From NCBI GenBank assembly GCA_020536535.1, contig JAHLWZ010000795.1, forward strand, positions 99,913-163,912: a stretch of DNA of 64,000 nucleotides, given 5' to 3'. This DNA is from Pelomyxa schiedti (lineage: Eukaryota > Protista > Evosea). The first letter of the stretch is position 1; every line of letters begins with the position of its first letter. Shown here piece after piece: positions 39,301 to 50,252 of the stretch. A model generated the notes under the pieces. It made no database searches. It was given only the letters and a program-made list of their open reading frames with translations, and was not told the origin of the DNA. The translations under genes were made by a program, and so were the position numbers.

Positions 39301-42167
39301 TGCACAAGGTAAGTTTTCTGTATATCCACTGGTTGAATCTAATTTCTTACAAAAAACACAATAGCTCATGCATAGATTTGGTTGCAATGTGCGATACTGT
39401 GGTCTTGTTTGGAAATTGGTGCGCTCTGAATCAATGAAAGAAATTCTCGTAACAGAAATGGTACCCACCTTTACTATTTTGAGGTACTTATTTTCCTTTC
39501 CCAGGCTGCCCGAGCAATCAAAAATGAGATGCAGGCACGACTCAGAAGAAAGATGGCAGAAGAACGGCGTCTTTCAGAAACTCCACACAAGCACTTAATC
39601 ATAGAGTTCCTAAACCTTGCCTTGTTTCGTTCCAGGAGAATCATCTGGCTTATTCAAGGAAGTCCTGGTGGTGGTATGCATAGTCCAATGCTTGTCCACT
39701 TGTATAACTGTATTTTTAGAACGGGCATACGATCGCCATTTTGACAGCTGGTATACTCGGCCAAGTCAGCGTGAGTTTGAGGAGCAGATTCTAGCATTTT
39801 GGAAGACAACAATACACCCAAAAATGTCAAGCATGTTTTCAGTGTACAATGCTGATTGGATGTACAGCCTCTCACTGGCATCACCTTTAGGAATTTGTTA
39901 GTGCATTTCACAATCCACATTCGATTCTTAGTACTCAAAAAGACATCCGTTTGAGAGATATGATGGGCCTAGTTCTTTCTGAAGAGGCAGTTGACAAATG
40001 TATTTGTCGACTTGGAGGAATTTTGCACCCCCGTGATCTTCTTCACATGCCGAGGTATGATCTCTTCTCCAATGGTTTCCATAACTGAGAACCTTCACAG
40101 CAAAGTTAAGTATATGGATATTGTTGCTATCACGGAAGCTAGTGCGTTTTTATCGCCACGTCATTTCATTTTAAGTTCGTTAGATATTCTGGCACTGATG
40201 ACTCACCATGAAGAAAAGACTACAATTCAATGGCAGCGCTCTGCAATCAAACTCTTCACAAGTGTACTTGATTCCAACCCAATCGATCACTGGACAAGGT
40301 ACCTATTGTGGCTTTTGATGAGTTGGACTTCACACTTTCAACTCAAGATATGACCTGGGGCAAGTTCAACTTAAATTGGCTCTGAGAACAAATGGGTCCG
40401 AGGCGGAGCAACTACTCGATGAAGCAGCAACTAATTTCGTGGCAGTGCAAGAATTCTTGAGTTCTTCCAGGCATGAAGCAGCTTTACAAACTGTTAATGC
40501 TGCTCGCTCATTCACTAAACTGGTTCCGGTATGCACATGTTTTTCTTTCCGAGAGTGCTCAATCCCCGCAGCGAGGAGAAATAATTACCAACAGCACAGT
40601 TTTAGCCCTTCAATGTAACCAGGATCTTATCTATGTCGGGTGCATGGACTCCCCATGTAGACCACCAACTTCTTCCCTTCCCGTAACTAAAGCAACAGTT
40701 AGATCTCAGTGTATTTTCACAGTTGACCGGAAAACTTGTGTGTAATTTTATTGGCCATGTCGGTGCCGTACTATGTCTGCAGACCGTGGGTGATCTACTT
40801 GTAAGTGGCGGTTTTGATAAGTCTGTGAAAATTTGGAGTATGCACATTCTTTAGTGTTCATGTGTCAACAAACAAACAAACAAACAAACAAAAAACAGAT
40901 CTATCCACTAGCACTTTACTGCATGAACTTTATGGTCACTCTGCTGCGATTAGATGCATGAAACATATTCCTCACAATCCTTCTCAAGTTGCCACGGGTT
41001 CTTTTGACTCAACTGTTCAAGTACATATATTGACTCTTCTTAACATGGGGATATTGACACTTCCCTGAGGTTTGGGATGTGGTTGTAGGAGCTCATGTTG
41101 GCACACTGATGGGCCACGCCGATATTGTGTATTCCCTACTACCACTCTCCAACGGTCTGCTCGTTTCAGGATCAGGTGACCGGACTATTCGCATTTGGGA
41201 TCTTACAACGTACGCTTTTGTTACTCTAGTCTCCTTTGTTTTTCCACGCTGCTGCATTTTGTCTTCATGAAGACACCTAAATCCCCACAGGTGGACATGC
41301 AAAAACATTCTCACTGGGCACACTGAGAGGGTTTCATGCCTTGCAGCCGTTACAGGAACCCAGCATTTCGTAAGTGGTTCAGGAGACCACACACTCCGCA
41401 TTTGGGATTCTTCCAATGGAGACTGTGTATGCCTTTTGCAAGGGCACACAGACACTGTAACGTGCATAAGCATTGACCAGGGGATACTAGCCAGCGGCAG
41501 CTCCGACCACACCTGGCGATTATGGGACATTGAATTCACCAAGGTTCAAACTACATTACGCACACACACCCTTTTACTTTTCCCATAATGACCCAACACA
41601 CAGGCCTGCACCAAAGTCGTCGAAGGCAGCGACGCCGAGATCAACGCGGTCTCGCTGCAAGCGCTCTCGTCGCCGCCGACGACTTGCGGCGTCGCGCTGA
41701 TCACCTCGGGGGGAGACGCGCGCGTGCGGATGTGGCACCTGCACCCGCCCAACCACACCAAGCGCGAGGACGACGACGTGTGCGCGGTGTGCGGCTGCGA
41801 CTGCGACGGCGAAGTGGACGGCGGGAAGGGCCTGGGCCTGCTCGGCGGCAGCGGGGCCAACGGCGGCGGCAGCAACGGCCAGACCGCCCTCGACGAGTCG
41901 CCGGCCTCGCAGCTGAACCCACAACCCATAACCGGGAATGGGAACGGGAGCGGGAGCGGTAATAATGGCAGCGGCAGCGCGGAATACACTGGGTGGCTAC
42001 AGAACATGGTTGGGTGGTGCTTGCCCTCCAGAGTGGTGAAAATGCTGCCTCAGTTTGGGTTCTATTCCCACTCCCCGGACTTGGCTGACCCGCAAAACGA
42101 AAACGAAAATGATGGCAGTGACCCACCCAAGGATACACAAAACCCAACCAAACAAGAGCAATCGTGA
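36325..42167 (+). CDS. Clu-domain (clustered-mitochondria-like) protein with C-terminal WD40 repeats
   Basis: WNERFQ, GKIIISE, GGVAGGTK, KAAAHDL, LNLKGH, DIEGHVGYDGRFYILDLAR, LYRLLRPEFV, SLSSDALS and HRFGCNVRY are Clu/CLU-central motifs. These are followed by about six WD40 repeats (e.g. GHADIVYSL..SGSGDRTIRIWD). Confidence 0.88.
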
Positions 42168-42288
42168 GTGAATAGGTGTTGTGTGAATAATTTCATTTGA
42201 ATAAGATATAATTGTTTGATCTTTTTCCCCACTTGTTTTCCATTTGAACTAGGTGCTCTTCCACCACCTTGGTGGTGTCCCTTTGTCA

Positions 42289-44526
42289 CTAGCTGGGGAG
42301 GGAGTATTTTAGAAGAATGCTAAATCTTATGGTGTGAGAATTACTTAGAGTAGAGTCGCAGTGATAGAAAATAAACTGCACGTCACACTTCTGGAATATT
42401 GGCTCAGGGAAAATAGCAACAAGTTCATTTGCGCTGAGGTAGGGAACTTGCTCAATAATTCGCACAATCAGATCACGCATTGCTGGCGTCCTGTGGTTCA
42501 GGTGAGGAGGAAATTATTAACGAGAGGCAAAAATACCTGGGTACAATAGTGCGCCAGTCGGAAGGGAGGAATGCACGGACCCTGTCAATGTGGGACTGTT
42601 GCTTATAGTGTGCCAGTAGAGCTTGCTTATTTCCTGTAAAGTGACATAGCCCGCATACAGAATGTGGGTATTCACTGGCAGCAGAGTTTGGGTGAGGGTT
42701 AGAGTTGGAGTTGGAGAACGACTCTGTCTTTGATGGCGGGCTACTGGGACACTCTGTCTTCAGCGGAATTATGGAACTGCAGGTAGGGATATTGATTGAG
42801 CATTCAACCTGGTCCGGTCTCCCTGTGATTGGTTCCGTGCACCACCCGAAAATTTGTTGGGTAGATGATCTTATAAATGGTTAGGTAATGGGTGTTCTAA
42901 ATGCGTAATTGTTACTCGTGTTGGGGATCCACAGCAACGGCATATCCGTCATTCATTCCTGAAGGGCGAAGCTTTTGGTTTTTATTTACTGAGCCATGCA
43001 CATATACATGAACAGTGGCTTGTTGAGCAATTTCCAATTCAGAACTATGGGTGAAGAATAAGAGGACGCATTGATATAAAAGTGGTACCCAGTATGATTA
43101 GATATTACAGATACACTCCCACCACTGGATGTATCAAGGCTCACGGTATTTTGTGTGTAGCAGACCACTTTACCTGGTCCAAATACTTTGGGATCCTGAA
43201 CAAGTCAATAAGCGGAGGAAAGAGAAGAGTCTCTTACATAGAGACCAGAAAAACGCATCAGACTCTGAGGTGGGGGGACAATCGATTGTGGGCTTAAACT
43301 GCCACCAGACCTCTTCTTAGCTCGACTTTGGGGCTCAATACAACCCAGGCTAACATTCAGTGAAGAAGATTCCACATCGGTGAGACTAATAACCTGTTTT
43401 CCCCAAAATTCTCCCTACAAAAAATAATGAGGGTAACAATGAATGCAATGCTTATTGTACATGATAGAAATATTCCCTGCGGAGGTGGTGCTTTTTTGTT
43501 TGCTCTGTCTTTTGTGCACCATGATTATCCCACACGATAAGCTTTTTTGGAGAAGATATTTGGGGATCAGGTGTGATGAAAAAAAAGGGCGTGTTGCCCA
43601 AAACGTCTATGAACAATCAGCTTCTTAGTATTTAATTAATTGTTGTGGAACCTTGCCCCCAGAACTCACTAGGATCAGTCATAAAAACGCACGATAGCCG
43701 ATACTTCGGAACTGGGGATTAATTAGAACGCAAATCTCGAAGATAAGAGAAAGATACACTGGTCGCAGCTGACTGTGATAGTGCCTGCTTGGTTCAATTG
43801 TTTTCGCCGCTCTTTTAGGCATGACACATGGAGAGGACCCAATCTCTTGCCTAGGTTCAGCTCTGGCCATGGCCACCGACTCAAATCATACGCCTCAAGG
43901 CCCCCTATTGCAGAGGTATGAGAAAGTGAAGACGAAGCGAGAGGACTTGGGCTTGAAGAAGGACTTGAACAAGCGCTTGAACTTGAGGAAGTGGGTGATG
44001 TTTGTTGACAATAAATTGGAGGCGGCGGCACAGTGGAGCTGACAAAGGTTGGTGGATAACCTGGTTGAAAATTTGGTGGACAATTTTGTAAAGGAATTGG
44101 CTGTGGGGGATATGAACAAGACCCCAAAGAAGGATTCTGTGGGTACATTTGCGCAGGGGGAGGTACATCACGGCATGAAGAAATCCCATACATCTGGGGA
44201 ACGTGTACAAATGCCATTGAACCAGAGTTGTTGTTGCTGTAAGGTAACATTCCTCCTTGTTGTACTAGTATTTGTTGTGGTGGTGGATGTGGGAGCGGTT
44301 GGAAATGCTGATCAGAAGTACTTATGGGGGGTTGTGTTCCCAAAGGCAGAGGTTGAACATTAACATTTTGCTGGTTGACGTTCAATTGATTGACCGTAGG
44401 CTGCGTGTTGGAACCTATAATGAAGGAGAGCGGAGGCTGCTGATCCAGCATTTGCATATTAGTATTTGTCGTTTGTCCCTCATAGAGATTCGGCAAAGAT
44501 CCAAAAGGATAAATATTAGGGTCCAA
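42289..44526 (-). CDS. Hypothetical multi-exon protein with Q/P/S-rich N-terminus (possible transcriptional regulator)
   Basis: 267-aa ATG-initiated first exon 43723-44526, followed by short exon-like segments down to a stop at 42289. No domain confidently recognised. Confidence 0.55.
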
Positions 44527-44770
44527 CGATTGGTTGTCAATGTACGGGTGGCCTTTTTTTTTTTTTTAACACCCACGGACTCGTATCGAAACGAGAAAAA
44601 TACCGAAGGAGGCACAAGTGCGGTTTGGGTTGCTCATCACCGACCAAAAGAACAGCGAAAAAATAAACGCCAGCAAACTTGGTCTTTCCCAGAGTCACAC
44701 ACCAAAAATAGGGATAACTGCAACGGTGGAGATTGGTGCCAGATACCGTATCAACGTTCAGTGATATCCA

Positions 44771-44976
44771 TCAGCTAGAGAACCCATAACTGGTGCTGAG
44801 AGTGAGTGCTTTAGTCTTCAATGAGTAGGTCAGAGTGATGAAGGGGTGCAGGGCTAGGGTCTGGCCATCAGGTGTTTTGCGAACAGGGGGGAATCCCAGG
44901 AAGAACTCCTTGGTGTCAACTTTGGTAGTGATCTGCTGTGATCGCATCTTGAGTGGCACCCAGAATGCCAATGCCC

Positions 44977-45007
<31 letters not shown>

Positions 45008-46757
45008 GTGACTTAGTTGCAAGATTGGCAGATAGTTTGGGAAGATTACTTGAAAGTGTCAAGGGACATGCTGTGACGCAGACCAATGGAAGCTAGTTTT
45101 CCGGTTTTCTGCGGGACCATTTGCTTCTTGATGGCTTGTCTGAGTGCCTTGCGCGCATCGGCAGCCACAGCCGGATCAATGTGCTGAATATGCTTTGCTC
45201 GAATAGTGTTTCGCTTCCCAGGAAGAGAAAAAGGTGGGGGAAGTGGAAACGGAAGAGCTGGTAGTGGTGGTAATTCAGGGGCGACTGTAGGTCTTCCATG
45301 ACTGGGGATGAGTTGAACTCCCTTGATAACGATAGTTTCGCCATCAATGTCTAGGGTATTATATGCAGATGTATCTGCAAAGTCCACTTGGGCTTTGTAG
45401 CGTGCTGAGAGAAGCTCGATCATATTTGCCATTTCGTCATACTTTTTTTTCTTTCGTAGTTTTTCTTTCTCGTGCTTGAGCAGGATCTTAAGGGAAGATA
45501 ATACTTCGGCAGGTGTCTTATTATCATAACTCTCTTCACTGAGGGCAAATTTAACTATATGAAGAGACAGGTGAAAAAGCGTACTTAGTGGCAATTATCT
45601 TCTCTGCTTCTTCTTCAAGTGCTTTCCTGAGACCTTTTCTTTTTTTGGACTCTTCTTCTAATGACATACAAGCTATTTTAAGCTCTCTATCAACAGATGA
45701 CTCATACCGTTGCTTCTCTCCTTGGAATTTCAAGAGATATTTTTCTTCTCCCCCATATTGATCCTTTTTGAAGGGACAGTGAAAAACGCGTAACAATAGG
45801 TTCCTGCTTTAGCAAACCTTAAACTGGATCCCCAAGTCACTATCAGTTTTCATGGTTTCCCACTTCCAGCGAGACAGAGCTGCAAGAGTAAGGTTTCCAG
45901 TAAATCCACTGTCATCCAATGCCTGTTTGTCCTTTTTATACCGAGCAAGCTCCGCACTGAACTATAAACTTTGTTAATTGATCAGAAGTGCCTATCTCTA
46001 TTCCACACTTCTTTTTTCCATTCATTGCAGAACAATTTGTAGGCAGTTGGTGGTCTAGGCGTGCTTGAGCCAACATGGGAGCTGTTCCTTTGTGAGACAC
46101 AGTAAGAGCAACAAAAAAAAAGAAAACCGTCTTCTTTTCGAGGGTGAAACGACTGTACTCGTGGACGGTCTCCTCCTGTCCGGGCTCTCTTGTTCATCCC
46201 TAAACCCAAACAAAGGACGTTGGATAGGAGCCCAGAAGGTAATGAAACATTCAAATAAATGCAGATATTAAAATAGTAACTTACAAATTGTCAATTTTTT
46301 TTTTTTTTTTTTTTTTTTGAACATACGATTCGTCTCCATCCTCTACTCCGCCACTGACGGCGGACAAAGTACTCGAACCGTAAGCCGCAGAAGAAGGAAG
46401 GTCCACCTTGTTGTTGAGGATGTCGTCGTCTTCGTCGTCGTCGTCCCCAAACGCAAACAGCGCTTTGTTAGCGGCAACAACTGACGAAGTCGAAGTCGCC
46501 GACGAGCCCAAGGCCGAGGTAGTTGAAGTCGAAACTGAAGTTGAAGCTGAGGAACTTGAGGTTGTTGTTGTTGCTGTTGTGGCGGTAGTCGCCGCTGTTG
46601 AAAGCAAGATGGCTGGCTTAATGTCGGGCTTGATGTCGGGGTAGGAAGCGACGTCGAAGGGGCTCAAGGGTTCGAGAGCCTCTTTCTTGAGGCTACTCTT
46701 GTTGGCGCGTTCTGGCTTCACGGCCTTCGATGATGGCGAGCCGTACACATTAGACAT
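44771..46757 (-). CDS. HMG-box-containing protein
   Basis: PRPPTAYKLFCNEWKKEV and EKYLLKFQGEKQRYE match HMG-box helices 1 and 3. The last exon 44771-44976 is joined by a phase-2 intron (DTFK|ALAFWVP). Confidence 0.72.
44986..45005 (+). repeat. Poly-G tract (20 nt) inside the last intron of the HMG-box gene
   Basis: Uninterrupted G run directly after a T run. Confidence 0.9.
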
Positions 46758-46998
46758 AGCGGGGTGAGCTAATTGGGAGAATGAAATAACAACCAGACCA
46801 CCTCGCCTCCCAACGCTAACGATTTTAATTATGCTGAAAAAGAAAATAAAAGATCGATTTCAGCCGAAATCTCCAAAACACAGTAGATACCCAACAGAGC
46901 GTTGCTCTGTGTGGTGTAGCATAGGAGGCAGCTTCGAGAGTGGACCCCAGTTCCATCAAAAGCACAAAACTTCCTTGTACTTGGTAGCCTCAGCGCTA

Positions 46999-49900
46999 TC
47001 AGTCGATGGTGAGGGATTGGTTCTGGCCAGTGTAATTGAACACGTGAGTGTTGGTTACGGTGGTGTTGCTTGTGGGTGTCGTTGCGGCTGAGCCAGTGGC
47101 CCCCTTGACCACAACAACAACCAACCCGTGGTTGCCATCGACCGGGTGCTTGTTGGTTGTCGGCGCCGCGCAACCACCGGCGCCGTCGCGGTAGTGCGCG
47201 TTGTTTGTCTCGGGTGGTGCAGTGGCCTTGTTGTAGGTGGTGGCACGTTGGCCACACACGGTGCGTGAGCTGATCACACTCACAACACACCCTCCATCAC
47301 CAACCACCCCACTCCCTCTGCTGCTGCTGCTCGTTGTCGTTGTGGCCGTGGGTGTGGGTGCCACTACGTACCCACTCCCTCCGCCTCCCCCGCTGCCGCC
47401 CCTGCCCCCTCTGTGCGTGTGTCCACCACCTACGTTCCCTCCCCCTCCCCCTCCTCCATAGTCACTGTCGGTGGCGGCGCTCGCGCCGTCGCCGCCGCGG
47501 GACTTTCCGCCGCACTGCGGGGAGTTGCCGCCCCAGCCGCCCGGCGACTCCTGCGTCGCCCTCTTGCGCTGGTCCCCGTCCGCGCTCGCCGCCGCTCCCC
47601 CTCCCCCTCCCCCTCCCCCGTACCCGTGCGAGTCCTGGTTCACCGCGGAGCCGCCGCCGCCGCCGGCCACGACGAGGGGCACGCCCTCGGCCATCACCGC
47701 GCTGCACCCGCCTCCCCCTCCCCATTGTAGCCCGGGCTGCCGCCGCCGCTCCCGCCGCCACCAAACGACCTCCTCGTCGTCGGCGCCGGGCGATGTGCGT
47801 CGTAGGGCTCCACGCCAGCGCCACCCTGGCCCACCACGATGGTGAGTTGTGTGCCGGGCCTGACCAGCATCCTGGCCGTGCTGAACCCCCCTGGGCCCCC
47901 GGCCAGGTGGTTGGGGGTTTCCGCGCCGCCGGCGGCGCCCCACGCAAACACCTCGACCTCCCTCGGGGGTCCTGGCGGGAGTGGTGGACGGTGGCACGCT
48001 GTGCTGGCTCAGATGAGCCAATGAGGCTCACTGCGCAAACCGCAACACTCACCTCGCTTTTGGAGCTCACTGCCACGTCACACTTGGTTGTCTCCCTCCC
48101 CTTCACCTCAACCAACGCCACTGTTCCTTCTTCTGTTGATGAAGAAGCATCAGATGAAGAAGCAGAAGCAGAAGCAGCTGAATTTGAGGGGGAGACAATC
48201 ACATTGTAGCCCACGACCTGTTCGAGTGAGGTCTGATCGAGGAGGGGAGAAGGTTTGTCCCACTGCACTGTGATTGCATCAGTGCCTGTTGGTGTAGCTG
48301 CTGGTGACCTGGAGCATTGGGGGGCCCTCCCCTCACTCGGAGTGTTGGGAACCCTCCCTTTGGCCAATATCCCAAACCCCCTGATCATCGCAATCACCTC
48401 GTCGCGTGGTCCACTCCTCCACGTGACTGCCTTGGCTTGTTCGCATGGTTCAAGTGTGTGTGTCCTGTGTGAAAGGAGAGAACGCCAAAAACATGAACTC
48501 ACGTGAAACTGTGGGGAATGAATAACACACCAGAAGCAACGGCTTGTCCAAGAGGAAGGAAGAGAGGATCGAGTGTGCTTGAAGCGCTTCCAGAGGTTTC
48601 TGTTGCTGTTGATCAGCCTGGTGCTGTTGGGCAACTTCGTTTGCCTTGGATATCAGAGATTGGTGGTTTTTCACAACCGCTTCCAGTGAGTTGCACTGCA
48701 CTCCCAGGTTGTGTGCTGTGAGGTATTCCATGTTAAAAGTTGTTGTAGATTTTCTGGTTGTTTGCTTTCGTTGGTTTTGGTGGATGGGAGGGGAAAATGA
48801 GAACTCATTGCATCAGAGAGTGACTGTGACATTTCGCTGATCTCCTTGCACCTGGTCTCAACTGCCCCCAGAATCAACCGCAAATCGGCCAGAATGGACA
48901 TGCAACCCTCAGTTATCACCTGTGTTTTTGTTTGCACACAGAACCAGTCACAACTATGGAACAGAGAGGTGGGGAAAAGAAAAAGGAGTGAAGTTGACCT
49001 TGGGAACTGACAACATCTCTGTGCTGACTTTCGAAATGGCCTCCACTTCTTTTTCGGAAATGTCATTCAGCTCCTTGGTGAGTCCTTTTTTTTTTTTTTT
49101 TTTGTTCCAGCCAGCCAGGTCCCCACTCCAATGACCTTCGAAAAACAGAACANNNNNNNNNNCGAGGTGATTGCGATGATCAGGGGGTTTGGGATATTGG
49201 CCAAAGGGAGGGTTCCCAACACTCCGAGTGAGGGGAGGGCGAGGTGAGTGAAAAACGCACGTTTCAGTTCAGAGACCCTCTGAGAAATGCTCGTGGTAGG
49301 GGATGGTGAACTCGTGTGTTCCTCACAGCAATATTGGGCCTCAGACAATATCGAATTGTTCTGTTTTTCGAAGGTCATTGGAGTGGGGACCTGGCTGGCT
49401 GGAACAAAATGGAATACACACCAATTCAGCTTTGTTGACGAGGGACATTGCCACGGTGTTTGGTTTCAAGTTGTCACCTGACATGGTTGTCCTTGTGCAC
49501 CTGAACGGGCACCGGATTTCAACTGTGGGATAAAAGTTTTTGTTTTAGTCTGATCAGTTCAGTAGGCAAAGCAAAGAAGAGTCACAGAGAGAGATGACAC
49601 GGTAGAAAAGCCGATGTTCGTGTGCTCAGTTGGGGGTGGGACATTGACAGCACAACAAACAAGTCGCACACACCGGTCGCATCAGGTGAGCAGCAACCCC
49701 ATCGACACCCAGGCGCCGTCCCACAATACAATGCAGCGGATGCCGTGGTTGACTGGGGTGAGTTGGTCCGCCCTGGCCTCGGCATCGTGCCAACTGCACA
49801 ACCACTGCCACGGCCACAGCCACAGTCACGGCCGCAACCACAACCGTCCTGCGTGGGTGGCTTCCCAGTCGCCGCGATTGTGATAGACGCCAACAGGGGC

Positions 49901-50067
49901 AAGGCAGCGAGCCTGGCGGCGGCCAGGAGCGTTGTCAGGGCGCAGCTGCGGCAGACCGTGTGGCCGCACTCGAGGGTGACTGGGTCCCGGGCCATGTCCA
50001 TGCACACCCCGCACGCAATGTCGCCGTCACCGCCACCGAAGCACACACTGCGCGCGTCGTACGCCAT
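46999..50067 (-). CDS. RING finger - coiled coil - FN3 - glycine-rich (ALK/LTK-like Gly_rich) protein, interrupted by an assembly gap and two apparent frameshifts
   Basis: RING CGVCMDMARDPVTLECGHTVCRSC...IRCPFRC; helical exons at 48500-49080; FN3 AITVQWDKP..VVGYNVIV..VAVCAVSLIGSSEP; Gly-rich domain EVFAWGAAGG..GGPGGFS...PGTQLTIVVGQGG...LVVAGGGGG...GGGGGSGY...GNHGLVVV. Confidence 0.8.
48324..49240. repeat. 78-bp perfect inverted duplication (48324-48401 vs 49163-49240) abutting the gap
   Basis: cgaggtgattgcgatgatcagg...gaggggagggc immediately after the Ns is the reverse complement of 48324-48401. Confidence 0.9.
49100..49409. repeat. 53-bp perfect inverted duplication (49100-49152 vs 49357-49409) abutting the gap
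   Basis: ttttgttccagccagccaggtccccactccaatgaccttcgaaaaacagaaca is the reverse complement of 49357-49409. Confidence 0.9.
49153..49162. other. Scaffold gap (10 N)
   Basis: Run of 10 n characters. Confidence 0.99.
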
Positions 50068-50252
50068 CTCCTCTCTGCAGGTGCTGCGTCTCACGAGAGG
50101 AGAAAGAGAAGGTTTGATTGATTGACTTGATTTGGGTCATTGCAATAATCAGCAGCCCGGAAAAGCAGCTTCGTTTCGTTATCCGTAGGCTACTGTCGCC
50201 ACTCAAAATTGGGAGAATAAAAAAACAAACAAAACACAAGACCACGCATTTG

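Noticed and set aside
42289-43420. Possible STAT/CudA-like DNA-binding domain (MRFSGLY, SVISNH)
   Set aside because: The similarity rests on a few residues and uncertain exon phases; a profile search is needed.
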